Notes under the pieces: generated by a model
Seen by the model: the letters and a program-made list of their open reading frames with translations, nothing else
Database searches by the model: none
What the model was told of the DNA's origin: nothing
Shown here: positions 1 through 12,901 of the stretch, piece by piece
Position numbering within the stretch: position 1 is the stretch's first letter
Layout: each line of letters begins with the position of its first letter
NCBI GenBank assembly: GCA_010405405.1
Contig: MU004239.1
Location: 1,380,722 to 1,444,721, forward strand
Source: Microthyrium microscopicum
Taxonomy: Eukaryota
Direction: 5' to 3'
DNA length: 64,000 nt
Program-made: the position numbers and the translations under genes

Positions 1-1021
1 GATGTAGAGGTTGCTGATGGCGACAACTGGTAGGAGTACTAAGAGAATGCGAGACAGAAAGGCAGAGACCGACATATGGAAGGGAATGACATTATCTAAT
101 GCGATGAAGAGGGGAAGAAGGGTGGTAAGCGCGTTGAGGAGATGACTCGTGGTGATGGACAAAATGATCAGATGCGAAAGAAGGAAGCACGTTGTAAACA
201 AGGGCATTTTGTGCGCGCTAACTTTGGCGATGATCGGCCAAACTTTAGCGGCTCTCTTCACTACTTCATCCTATTATTTAGTACTCTATTGCTCACTCCT
301 TTTCATCATTAACATTGCCGCTTTGAAAATATCTCTGAGCATTATCAAGGCTACAAGGGCCCTCATCAAACAATCAAGCACTACTATACCACGTCATACG
401 CAAAAGGCAGTATCAGCAATGTGTACCTGCTCACTGAAAAACTCTACAGGACGACTACCTCTAGATGATCTTACCACGAGCAGGGAGGAATTGTTTATTT
501 TGCGGGCCAGCTAAAGGATGGAGCTTTCGATATATGAGTTGATTAGCTTCCTTCCTAATCTGTCTATTTTGACAGGGCAGGCTATGGAATCTACTGCACC
601 GAATGCTGCCATTGCAGGTGGTGGGAACCTAATGACATTGCTCTGAGTACATGTAGTACTTACTGATACTGATTTGCAAAGAGCCATGGAAAAACAGCAA
701 GACACTTCATTTATGGTTTGACGCGTAAAAGGTCCAATTTCAATACTCTATGCTGCTATGCACCACCGACGCAATGGATTTGGTGATTGCCAATCATACA
801 GTCTTGTGCCTCGATAATCCTTGCCCTTCTTCCGCCAACCCATCAGTTCCTTGATTTCCACGCGACTTGACTGCGCTATCTTATGCGTTTCAGCCTGCGA
901 AGCCGTTTGATTCTGCAAGCCAAGCAGACTAGTATTACTTTATGTTCAATCTCCCGTTAGCTTTTGCTCACCATGACCTTTGGTGTCTCTGTTCTGATAG
1001 TGTTTGCTAATCATTGTGACC

Positions 1022-3783
1022 ATGCGTGTACCATGGCGAAAGAAGGGGAGCTCAGGACCTCGACCTCCAGGACTCCTACGGAGGATATTTCACCGAGCAC
1101 GCAAAGAAAAAGCTGGGAAGGAAGAGAAGATCGACGTTAAAAATGGCAATGTCCAATCTGTAGAGAAAGAGAAGCCGGTGGAGAGCCAGACTGCTAAGGC
1201 TCCGGTTACGTCTTCCCCAGAGGCAGAGGAGCAGCCCAGTACTTTCAATGACGAAAAAGTTGAGCAGATCTTCTCAGGAGCGCCCAAGTTTGGAATGGAT
1301 GCAGAAGATGCCGTTATTGGGGTCTTTCCCTACGCTGAAGAGCTACGGATTCGTGATGCAAGCGACTGCGTTGCTATTGCCCATCCCGCCTTTTCAGCCT
1401 GTACGGCAAAAAGGCATATGGTACCTGGTTCCAAAGACAGCAAAGCCGTAAAAGAGTACCAAATCGGAGTCTGGGAAGTACCTAACATGCTGAAGGCAAC
1501 TGGAAGAGAGCCTGGTACAGTTGGCTACGATTACTTCTTGGAGGAGCCCATATCAGACGCTAGTGGAGAGCAGAGTAAAGAAACTGCAGCAGACGGCGGA
1601 TTCGACGCTTTTGAAAACATCAATCTTCTCAATTCTGCACCAGAACGACTGGGACTGCGCAAGTTCGACCTCGAAGCCGTAGGAAACCGGCTTTCTGAGC
1701 TCGCTGCAATCTACGGCGAGTACCGCAGCACCAAAGGAAAGATACATCTTCTCAAAAAGCAAACACCTAAAGAGCTATACACAAAATTGTTCACACAGAT
1801 TCTTTCACCACCGCGACAAAATTCGATCGTCAAGGATCCTAACAGCGTGAAAGGACAAATACAGACCTTGGTTACTCTACTGAATCTCAAGTCTATCTGG
1901 TATGACTTTAGCTCTCCGGAATGGAGAATTCGAGCTGGCCAAGTTCTGTGGACAGCTGTTCCATCTGATAACTCAATAGATCCTCAGAGTGATGAAGATG
2001 ACCGCCAATTGACGGACCGAGATGTGCTGATCCTGCAGCTAGACCTGGCATGCGAGCTTCTTCTTCGACTGGATGCCATAAGTTCTATGGAGCTTGAAGA
2101 ACTTGAGGAGATTGAGCTCACTGCAGAGGAATCAGCCGAGTTCAGGGAGCTGGAGACCAAAAAGTCCAGATGGGACTTGGTTTTTGCTAGAAGTGTTTTA
2201 CGCAACGTCGAAATAAAAATGACAACCAAGGAAGTAACAACAACTGCTCCACCACAGCCACAAAAACGGTCTTTTCCATTCTTTTCGTTAACAACATCGG
2301 ACACGAGCACTGGCGAGATTACCAAGATGATCGTTCCAGAGATATCATTCCTTCCCCAGGATCTCGATAAGCAGCTATCGGGACTATTCCACTTTGCCAA
2401 AGCTATCAACTGGCCTGATAGTGAGACGGTCGAACAACAATTACGCACCAAAGTCGGTTCTTATGGCGACAAGCTCTCACTCATACAAACACCTAGCGTT
2501 TACGCCACTCCAATGGCCTCTCCGCGCTCCTTTATGTCTCAACGAAGCTCATACTTTGATACTACAACTCAACCTGACCTAATACGCCGCTCCTCCACTC
2601 CACTGTCCATGCAACTTAATCCGCCATCTTCGCACGACTCTAGCTCTAACATCATCACAAATCCTATTGGTGGCTGGCTCACCCGGTCTTATCTCACCGG
2701 TTTAGTCCTCCCAGGTAAGCATTTGATGTGCTCAAACACTGCGTGTCATGGACCCGTACAACGGATATGATCCTAGGCCTATTTAGACCTTAAGTTGCCT
2801 TCGTGGATCACAAGTTTATCACAACCACATACTAACAAATTACAGGCGAGTCACTTACCCACCTTCTCCTCTCTTCTCTACTAGAGAATGACGCGTCTGC
2901 CATTGCTGAACTAGGCGACTCAGCCAGTCTCTACGGTGGCTTCGTCCTCCGCGGCCGCAGCTGGTGGAGCGCCCAATGTATCGTCGGCCGCGTGCTCGCC
3001 GCTCTCGACGGTTCCGCCGAATGTATGGGTTGGCTCAGCATCCCCGCTGCACCAACAGGTGTAGAAAACGGCTGGTTCGACATCGCCTCTGCGCGCCTGC
3101 CAGCAGCCAACCCACCACGCATCAAGCAACGTGACATGATGAGCCGCGTAGCAGACTTTGCCGGCGGAGTAGAACCCTCTGCTCTCGAGGTCGCATCCTT
3201 CAGCATACCTGTCGATGCCACAGAGCGCCCTGATTCGGGTATCAAATTTGAGGGCCTACATCTCAGTGTCTACGACATTGATCTAAGCGACTCTCTACCT
3301 TCGCCAGCGTCCTCTGACACGCGCATGCCACCACAGACAGCTACCCTGCATTTCAGTACGCCTGATGTACAGATCCCGCTGCGCTATCTCGTCACCTTCA
3401 TCAGCGCATATCCATGCTTCCCGGAACCTACCGCCCCTGCGCTCGGTGCGGCGCCCGTGACTGCCCATCCACTACATACCAGCCAGGCATACCGCACCGT
3501 TAGCGCCGAGAGCTTATTCAGTGAACCGCCGTTTGGCGAGGACGAGGCGCAAAGCAAGAGCAGTCGACGCTCAATGGTCGAAGATGGTGAAGCGGCGGAG
3601 GAAGTCGAGCCCATTGTGATAGTGGATGCCAGAGGGAATGCGACACTGGCTTTGTTTGCACGTGCATGGTGCGCTTGGAAGGGCGAGCATGCGATCGTGG
3701 GGAGAGTAGGCACGAGCTGCATTGCTTGTTGTGTAAGGGAGGCCAGAGCGATTGGTGTCAGATTGGTGATTCGTGTCGAGTAG
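1022..3783 (+). CDS. Conserved fungal protein of unknown function, about 876 aa, 2 exons (1022-2714, 2846-3783)
   Basis: Two long ORFs join in frame across intron 2715-2845 (GTAAGC...ACTAAC...TACAG), giving GLVLPGESLTHLLLSSLLEND. The C-terminus ends in a Cys motif (CIACCVREA). Confidence 0.85.
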
Positions 3784-4153
3784 ATACATTTTCGTTTGTC
3801 CATAAGCGCTTTTGATTAAGTTGTTTTGCAGAATACCCGGAGAGATTGTTTTCATGTAGATAATAATGGTTCAGTTGGAGTCAATAAAATGCGGTGTATA
3901 TTTCACTGTAGGTGAATTATCAGATACTCATAGCATGGGCAGTTATTTTCATAGATTAGGATTCTGCAGCAGTTCTTAGAAATGTCGCGAGGCTGAGCCT
4001 CAGCCTTATTGCATGAGACAAAACTATGCTGTTTTACATGTAGATGTTTATTGACATACACTGGCATTATGGTCAGTATTAAAGGTGCATAAGGCTCTCA
4101 TTCCATTACAGTAATTATTCATTGTTTTCGTTATATGCATATCTTCCACATCA

Positions 4154-5367
4154 TCACTTCTTCTTCCCAGCAGCGATTAACTCTTCCCCATTCCTAACAA
4201 CACCCACTAAAGCACCCGTCTGTATCAACTCACTCCCACCACCACTCAGCCGATACTCAATCTCACTTAATCCCTCCAACCACGTAATCCGCGTTGCAGC
4301 ACCAACGTCCAGCTTTCCCAACTCTTCCGCTAACGCCGTCAGAATATCTGCCAACGCCAATCCCTTGGCCGCTTTGAGCTGCGCCACAAACTGCAAACAG
4401 CTCTTAATATCTGTGTTCTTCAACAACTCATCGCGGATTCGTCGTACATCGTCTGGTCGTGGTGCTGCGATGCAGTCGTATATCGTCATTTCTGTGATCA
4501 TGTCGCGCACAATGTCTTTGGCTTCTGGCTTTTTCTCGCCTGGCGCAACCAGCGGCGTGCTGGATGCGTGACATGCCTGCAGGACGTTCAAGGCTCGTCG
4601 CATGTCGCCTTTACTTAGGCGGACGAGACTTGCCACAGCCGCTGGCTCAATCTGAACCCTCTCCTCTTCAATGACCGTATCTACCAAGTGTCGAATATCC
4701 GGCTCCTTCAATGGACTGAACCTGAATCTCGTACAACGCGATAGTAGCGCTGGGCTGAGTTTGTGCGTGTAATTCGCGATGATCACAAATCGTGTATTCG
4801 CTGTATACTTCTCCATGATCCGTCTGAGCGCCATCTGAGCCGTCGAAGTCATCGCATCTGCCTCGTCCAGAATAATCAACTTATAACCAGCCAAACTCTT
4901 ATGGTCGCCAGGTTTCGGTGCCGCTGAAAAGATTTGCTTGGTACTGCTAAACGTCTTGATTTGTTCGCGGACGACGTCGATGCCTCGGTCGTCAGAGGCG
5001 TTGAGTTCGAGGACCATCTGGCGCATGTTTTTGGTGCCATAGATTCGGCGGGCGAGGGCGAGGACTGTGGAGGTTTTGCCCGTTCCCGGGGGTCCGTACA
5101 GGAGGAGATGGGGGAGGCGCTGAAGTGGGTTAGTCGCTTGAATTGAAGAGGGATTGAAGAACGAACGTTTGTTTCAACGAATTTGTTTATCGTCGCGAGA
5201 ATGTCTTGGTGGCCCTCGACATCGTCGAGGGTGGATGGGCGAAATTTCTCAACCCACGGGAGAGAGTCTTCTGCTTCGACCGGCAGATCGCGGTGTATTC
5301 GTTTGCCTTTTTGTTCAGCGCCGAATTGGACGTCAATGTCCATTCGGTTTTCCTCATCATCGGACAT
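4154..5367 (-). CDS. RFC3: Replication factor C small subunit (yeast Rfc3 / human RFC5 type), 2 exons (5367-5167, 5119-4154)
   Basis: LPWVEKFRP, Walker A GPPGTGKTS, ELNASDDRGIDVVREQIK, Walker B DEAD and SRC motif. Intron 5120-5166 has GTTCGT/ACTAAC/CAG. Confidence 0.95.
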
Positions 5368-5422
5368 TTTGGGGATTGTGGGATAGTTCTAGGAATTTTA
5401 GGATGGAGTAGAAGTCGAGAAG

Positions 5423-5436
5423 ACGCGTCGACGCGT
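5423..5436. promoter_or_regulatory. Tandem MCB (MluI cell-cycle) boxes upstream of RFC3
   Basis: ACGCGTcgACGCGT, a 14-bp perfect palindrome about 55 nt upstream of the RFC3 ATG. MCBs are established G1/S elements of fungal replication genes. Confidence 0.65.
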
Positions 5437-5810
5437 TTTCCCATTAAGCTCTATCACTAAGCAAATCGAGGCCTGTGATTGGTCAAATTCCCCATTCTCA
5501 ATGGTGTTGAGAAAGAAGCAGCAGATCGAATTCTCGAAGACATAAATAACAGTGTAATCTTGAGTTTTCCATATTGACTAGATAATGTCTCCTAACAGTA
5601 TCATAACTACTTTGCGGTTGGTGGTATAAGGCTTCAGCCTTAAGCTCTCAGATTATCCCCCACCACTCAACCTCCCCTCCACCAAAAACTAACCTCACGA
5701 TCTCATCTTCAATCCTCCACACCACATCGAAGCTCCAATCGAGCTCTACAATCACCAACATCCCCCTTCTATCCCGCTTCTATCCCGCCAAACCTCTCCA
5801 ATACCCCAGG

Positions 5811-6572
5811 ATGCCGGTACTATAGCATTATCTAACCCGTTGATCAGCACTGACATACGCAGGCCTACCACTCCGTCTTCCTCGACGAGCCCAACCAGCA
5901 ACTAATCGGCAACTTCGCCATCCTGCCTCTCCGCACCCGCACCCGCGGTCCCGCCCAACAACTTCCCGCCCTCGCAGCCGGCGACACCGATCTATCCATC
6001 GACGCCTCCCACGAGTCCTACGATCCACTCGATGAAGTACTCGCGCTGTTTCGGGCGAATACATTCTTTCGCAACTTCGAGATCAAGGGCCCGGCGGATC
6101 GAGTGCTGATTTATGGGATTTTGTTTGTTCAGGAGATTGTGGGGAAGATTAGAAGTAGTAAGTCCTCCCTAGCGGAAAAGAAAGCAGAAGGAAGAGAGGT
6201 GATGGTGGTGGAGAGGGGATATGTGTATAGGGGCTAATGTGTGGTTATAGACATGTCGAGACGAGAAGCGGAGAAGGCGATTATGAATGTGGCGCTGGAC
6301 ACAAACTTTGCGGTGCCGGGCGATGCAGGCTTTCCACTCAATCAAGCATTCGAGCCACCAAAGGAGCGCAATGAGGCGGAGGTGTTGAGACAGTACATGA
6401 TGCAGATGAGGCAAGAGTTGGCGCAGCGGTGTTTGGCGCGAGTGTATGCTGATGGGGATGCGCCGAGTAAGGTAAGTCGTTCTGTTATAATTGTTTGATG
6501 AAGCGTTGCTGACATGTCGTTTAGTGGTGGTTAAGCTTCAAGAAACGCAAGTTCATGAACATGGCACTATAA
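5811..6572 (+). CDS. ARC18: Arp2/3 complex 21 kDa subunit (ARPC3), 4 exons (5811-5816, 5863-6157, 6251-6471, 6525-6572)
   Basis: Spliced product MPAYHSVFL...LPLRTRTRGPA...FRANTFFRNFEIKGPADRVLIY...FAVPGDAGFPLN...SKWWLSFKKRKFMN. Three canonical introns. Confidence 0.95.
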
Positions 6573-6661
6573 GGAAATACAGTAATACAAAAATAGCCTC
6601 AAGGAATATCTCGATTGACTCTCAATATTGTTCATAAGCACTAGAGGGTCTCAATCTAACT

Positions 6662-8496
6662 CTATGCATCTGCCCCGACGACAGTGGCAGCTGTTTCTTT
6701 CGTCTGCTCTACATGTTCAACCCTCAATTTCTTCGGGCTCTCAGACACCGTCTCCTCCGCTTTTCTCTTCTTACTAAAGTTCCCTTTAGCATTAACCTTC
6801 CCAATAGCAGGCAACACTCTTGTCGCAGAGAAGACATATCCCTCCGGCCCACCTCTCGATGTCATCAGCGGATGTGTCCTTCCAGGTAATACCTGCCACT
6901 CAACCACCCGCGACGTCTGCAGCATTGGATTTAGCAGCAATGTTGGATTCACGGGGAAGTCTTCCTCCTCATCGTCCATACACGTCTCCACGTCCAGGCC
7001 AGTAGCCACTCGCTCTTGCATCATTTTCATATACGCGCCACGTCTTTCGCGCGAGTAATAGTCCATCAACTCAGTTAATGGCTCAATGGACGGCGAATAT
7101 ACCACGATTTGACCACCGCCTTTTACCAGCGGGACCAAATGCCGGAGTACGCTGGCTGGTTGCATGAAGCTCGCTACGACAAGCGAGTCAAAGCCGCCTG
7201 CACGCGTGGTATCTGCGACGCGCTGCGTACGTGTATGCCGTCGTAATTTGCGAAAGTGCTGGCCGCGTTTGCTGGGTTTCCAGGAGGCTAGGGTGTCCGC
7301 GTCGACTGCGGGTGGAGGGTTGGAGTAGACAGTGTCAGCAGACGGATCGAGAAGTTGCAGCCAGGTAATGTTGTGGAGATGGCTGTAGAGAGGATGGCTG
7401 GAGCTGGATGTGTCTTCGAGAATATAGCCGAAGTATCTAAGGAGACTGAGGTTTGGTTGGGTGTGCGGATGTATGACTGTTATCGTGTTTGAGGTGGCGG
7501 CTTGGTAGGTGTCTTTTGGATTTGGGCGTGATGGACCGGAGTGTGCGTCGGTTGTTGACTCGACTTGGTCGGGCATTGCGTCGTCATCTTGGTTGGTGTC
7601 CGGGTCCGGTTGTTCTGTTGGCTCCTTTTCAGAGGCTGGAGGGTATAATATGCCCATACGCTCGGCCAATGTTGCGACTAGCAAGCCTCCTGTGTCGTCA
7701 ACTACCATATATCTCCCTTGCGTTGGATTTCCTTCAACTTGGTCCAAATTCCCTGCATGATGCGCATTTGACCAACTTGCAACCAAGCCCAACGATTCTG
7801 GACGTAGCTCCATGATTCTCGACGAATCCTTATCCATGATATATTCTGCCACTGTTCCAACCTCCATAGGAAGAACCGTAAACCGCTTGAGGAACTTCTT
7901 GCTCTTGCGCAACGTATACTTTGCCAAACTAAACTCCGTCTTTTCACCCAATGCCGAATGCGCTGCCATGATTTTCGCAATGACTTCCTTCCCCGACCCT
8001 GTTCCAGCATTCTTGAGCTCTTCAATTTCAGTCATTGTAAGTGCCTGACGAGATGTGTCGTCCACAGTCAATCGATTGTTGCGCATAATGATTGACCCAT
8101 CTTCTCCAACAATATCGAATTTTTCATTTGCACTAGCAGCAGCCTCCGCGTCTTCTTTCACAGGAGCGTCATCTTGCGGGGTGTTGTCTACCGAAAGTGT
8201 CTCCGAATTGAGGTCTGAGGCTGGTACAACGCGTAGACGGGCATGTTTCTCGCCATCTTTTAGATCAAGGATGTCATATGTGCGCCAAAATGGTCGACCG
8301 ATGAGGGAGTTCGTGTGGAAGGAGCCAAATTTGCCAATGCTTATTATTCTAGACCAAGGTCAACTTTGTGCCTTCACAATCAATTGCGATCGACGGACGT
8401 ATTGGGCTTGATCTCTATAGGTTTGAGGAGACCACTGGGGAGTTTGAGAATCGCCTGGTCGCCAGGTTTTATGCGGGTTCGATTGTTCCAGGACAT
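6662..8496 (-). CDS. TRM6: tRNA (adenine58-N1)-methyltransferase non-catalytic subunit, 2 exons (8496-8399, 8348-6662)
   Basis: ISIGKFGSF, RQALTMTEIEELK, KTEFSLAKYTLRK, WQVLPGRTHPLMTSRGG motifs of Gcd10/Trm6. Intron 8349-8398 restores the frame. Confidence 0.92.
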
Positions 8497-8964
8497 GATG
8501 AGCCTAGATTGTGGAGAAATTATCAGAAGACAAAGGAAAGGAATTGTAGATTTTTTGGAGGGGAACTTTTGACGCGAGGTTGGACAATTTTTGGAAGCGA
8601 CGCCACAAGACAGGGATCCACGTTCTTCCAATATCGATACCTATTCTACATCACATCTCCATTATCCCACACAACTCCTAAACTTCTCTTAATATTTCCG
8701 AGGGCACTGGTTGTTCTCTGCAGACAGCATATTCCAACAGTCTGACCCGAGGACAAAGGATTGTTGCAACTGTGGAATGATGCCTCACCCACGCATCCGG
8801 CACCTAGTTACGTCTTTTCCTTTGTTTGCGTCTGTTGAAAACAACACTTGAAGCATCCCCTGAGCTTGAAAGTTCATATATCAAATAAAGTGAGTACTTT
8901 CCTCCAGTATAACCCTACCATTACTCACATGCAAATTGCAGCTGGTTTTAGACGTCTTGTCATC

Positions 8965-10245
8965 ATGGCCAAAGAAGTCACTATTTCAAAGTCACAGCCT
9001 CTTCCAAGAGACTTTGTGTTTGTTATGAAAGGAGATGCATACATCACTCGCAATTGGTAAGTCACACAAATATAACATATGCACCAATGCTAATTTACCA
9101 TCAGTCTAAGCGAAGCGCGCAAATGGGGAAGAGATATATTCATAGTTCAAGATGGTAAAACCCGGATTGGCGTTGGCGTTCCACGCTTCTGCTTCAATCT
9201 TGTCAAAAAGCAAGCTGCTGAAACAGAACAACAAAGAGCTGATGGCCGAGCTTCCAAGCTATCGAAGGAACATGCTGAAGCCACCAAGGCCCTGGAAAGA
9301 CTCTTTCCAAAGTTTCCATATCCAGCCAAGGACATGCTCCGGGCATGGGATGTTGGCAGTGGACGAGTAGGTCGAACCTCAAAGCTTTCCTTGGATCAAA
9401 AGGTGCTATTAGCAGTTACTGCTGTGGCTCGTCATCAGTCTACCGACTACGATGCTCTCCTAAGAACGGGCGTGACGCGCGAAGAAGCGAGAAAACGAGT
9501 ATGGGCTCAAATCAGAGACATCACTAAAGAGTGGCAAGGGAGGGAGACGGCGCCATCGGGATCAGGCCCCAAAGCATCTCTTAAAACGATAGTCGCGGCC
9601 TCCAAGTCCACGAAGACTTCTGCAAAGAAATCGACAACCAGAAAGTCTATCCCAGCGAAACCTGCACCAAAGAAGGCTACCCCGAGCAAGAAAGTAGCAA
9701 AGAAGGCCAGCTCAACGAAAACTACAGCTTCCAGGCCTGGTTTACCGCCCAATCTAAACCCGACCTCACCCACAAAGTCAATTCTGAAGCAGTCCCCGCC
9801 CCCGAAGACCACAAGACCACCGTCACCACTATCATTTGCATCAGTAATTCGTGGTCTAGCCATGATCGGATCCATGGTCAGCAGTCCGTCACGCCGACCA
9901 AGCCAAGTCCCCCAACTAAAAAGCCCATTTCAGAGTCCCACCAAGCCCGGTGGCTCACAAACGAGTCCCATCAAGATCTCAGATAGTCCAACCAAAGTCC
10001 AAAGCCGCTCTCGAGAATCGCACAATCAGCGATTCGACAACGCAAAGTTCGGTGAATTGGCTGCTCAAATCCATATGGCTGGACTACCGCTAACAACGAA
10101 ACCAGCTAAGAAGGTCAAGTTTTCGAAGAAACGCTACTATCAGGAGCCACCTGTACCAGCTTGGAAGGGAAAGAAGGCGAAGGCGCAGAAGGGAAAAGAG
10201 GAGCAGCATCCTGCGAGGAACACGAGACGGAGTACACGGAAATAG
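8965..10245 (+). CDS. DUF2293-like protein with basic K/S/P-rich tail, 2 exons (8965-9056, 9105-10245)
   Basis: FVFVMKGDAYITRNC, GSGRVGRT, LAVTAVARHQSTDYDALL motifs. Intron 9057-9104 is GTAAGT/GCTAAT/CAG. Confidence 0.8.
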
Positions 10246-10343
10246 ATTGTTGGGTATTGCATAGCTGCACATTGATTTCATGATCAAAACTCGCTACGAA
10301 TGATAACTAATAATGTCTTTTTTTGCTATTCATGTATCATCCA

Positions 10344-11764
10344 TCAGCGACCACCGAAGCGTTTCTTCTTCTTGCCTTCGTCTGGGAACTCCAGAGGGAG
10401 TTGTAGTCGTGCATACTTTCTGGTTTTTGATTCGGCCGCGGTGAGTCTGAGCGCGGTTTTTTCTCGATCGGTCGGTGCGCTGATTTTGCAGCCCAATTCG
10501 CGGAAGTAGTTCTGAGCTTTGATGGGCTCCAAACGGAAGTCGTCTTTCAAGTCTGTCGTGTCTGTAGCCAGGTCATCAACATACAAGGCCATAGCCATGA
10601 CGTGAGTGATGAGGTTGTCGACATCCCACTGGGACAATTCGTTGGCGCTATGAACATGTCAGTAAGAAGTCGTTGAAAAACAAAAATGCAAAACTTACCC
10701 GCTTTGTAAGAACCTTTTTCTCACACCATCCACTACATGCAATGGATGAGCCATCTTCTTCAATTCAAGCGGCTTTGGCATCCTCGCTCCACCCCTAACC
10801 TTCTTGCACAATCCCATGTACTCAATGCAGATCAACATATACCGCATAACCTTTAACTTGAGCACATCGCCCCTTCCAGCCGCACTGCCTAGTCGTCTTG
10901 CAACATATCGTGAAGCAACCTCAACGCCCTTGCCCTTCTGTGTCTCGTCAATCCAAGGCTGCACATCCAGATCTTCCAAAATCTCTCGCGCCACCAATCG
11001 TTCCAACGAATACACGTCCTTGGCATTATTTGCATCCAGGTTGGCCTTTGGTTTTGGTTTCGCTGCCGCGGCTTGGGCGTCCATCTCAGCGACGGTCGGC
11101 ATGTTGGCAATGCTTTCGCCGACGCTGGCGAGGAGAGCTTTGGAGGCGGCTGATGGGGCGGATCCGGAGGGACCAGCTACAATTGCGTTTTCGGTCATGG
11201 AGGCGATCATCTTCTTGGCTCGCTTGGTACCAAATTCGAGACCGAGTGCATGGCGTTGTGCGCCCATCTAGGTAGTATTAGCATATAAATCTTCAAGTAG
11301 GAGACGGTGAGGGGTACAGTTTGGGCAGCCTTTTCAGCAGCGGCCTCATCAATCTCTTCCTGCGTTGGACGCAATGTACTTCGAAGCGCGACACGGCGTG
11401 CTTGCACAAGTTTGAGCGAGCCATCTTTTGGATCGTATACGCCGATATAATGCTTCAGGAGCGCTTCGGCGGTGTTGCCAAAATCTTCTTGGCCGATGTA
11501 GTCTAGACATGGATGTTCGGAGCTATGTAAAATCAAAGACTGTTGGCTGTTTGGAACAGTATCGCGCGGTCTCTTGGTGTATGCTTTCATGGAGTGGTGA
11601 GGGACTGCCATGCCAACGGGCACGGCGAGAACTGGTGCCATTTCATCTTTGGTTCCTACCATGGAGACGCGGACGTGGTCGTTGGCGAAAGATACTCGTG
11701 ATTTCTTGGACGTATTCTCGCCGGCTGGCTCTGACTCTCGTTTGCGTTTCTTGTCTTTGGCCAT
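10344..11764 (-). CDS. RPA49: RNA polymerase I subunit A49, 3 exons (11764-11318, 11267-10699, 10647-10344)
   Basis: LHSSEHPCLDYIG, KHYIGVYDP, LGLEFGTKRAKK, YFRELGC and ARLQLPLEFP motifs. Introns 11268-11317 and 10648-10698. Confidence 0.92.
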
Positions 11765-12158
11765 GGTTGTGGATTTTTGGTTTGGTGTAGTTTGAATTGT
11801 TTGAATTTCTGATATAAAAATTTGGGTTGATTTGCTAGCTTCCGATCTATCGGCTTTGATCGGGCCACATTCGGGCCGAAGCACGTGCACGGCTAGTTCC
11901 GCATCCGCCACGTTTGTTAGCGTAAATACTACGTCACAGCAAGGCTGGCGAGCTTGACTTCTGCATGCTTGGAGCCTGATAGTCTCTGTAGATCTCCTTA
12001 AAGAACCTGATTTCTGTCTGGATTTTTCCTGAAGCTTCTGAAGACGAGCTGTTCTCAAGAAGAATATTTCAAACAATCCGCAATTTCATCTACTACCTAA
12101 GTACCACTCTTGACTTTCCCATCATACAACAATCAACATCAACCACACGACTTGCAAT

Positions 12159-12901
12159 ATGGGAGCCATTGATGGCGTTGACGATGCTATCGGCAAGAAA
12201 AGCCAAGGTCTCGTAGACCGGGTCATCTCTAAGATCAAAGGCGTTACTGATACACTCTTTCCTCCCGCTAAGCGGGAGCAATGGCTCGCCAGCTTTAAGC
12301 AATTTGCCATATCTAATCCCAAGATAACGGTAAGACTTGTTCTCATCTGATAGCGAGTAGATACTGACAGTTTATCCAGGCCTTCATACTCACCAATGTC
12401 GTCCTATCTGGGCCTCCACTTCTCCTCTTCGTTGTCTTCACCATCACCGTCTTTCTTGTCTCCTTGGTCGCAGCTCTGGTTATTGGCCTACTGGCTGCAG
12501 TCCTCTTCACCGTATTCATGGTTCTGGTCGCACTTTTGGTCGTTCTGCCAACCGTGTTCATCACCACCATGGGAGCGACTTTCATATCTCTGTGGGGATT
12601 GGGCGGCTACTACATTGTGAAATGGTTCAATGAGGGCGAAACACCAGCGGAGACAGGAGCTGCAATAGGAGACACACTGAACAGCATCACGGGTGGTAGA
12701 CTCACTTGGCTCATGGAAACCGCGAAAGGGACCGCTCTCAACAAAAAAGAAGGCGGATCGGAGAAAGAAGGGTTACTGAACCCGCAAGATGTTGCTTTGC
12801 CGACTGAGAAAGCTACTGATGCGACTTCCTCTGCAACCTCGACGGCGGGAACGGCAAAGGCGGCTTCGCGAGGCGTTTCGCCGGCACCTGCTCCACTTTG
12901 A
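12159..12901 (+). CDS. Promethin/LDAF1-like lipid-droplet membrane protein, 2 exons (12159-12329, 12380-12901)
   Basis: Long hydrophobic hairpin SGPPLLLFVVF...LPTVFITT...LWGLGGY. Intron 12330-12379 is GTAAGA/ACTGAC/CAG. Confidence 0.8.

Noticed and set aside
1..514. ORF 149-514 (+) or the 5' end of a minus-strand gene at the window edge
   Set aside because: No recognisable motif. Several incompatible minus-strand start and intron models fit, and the window cuts the sequence.
11207..12076. 289-aa ORF as the RPA49 N-terminus
   Set aside because: The upstream part has a non-ATG start and runs through promoter sequence. The likely start is the ATG at 11764.
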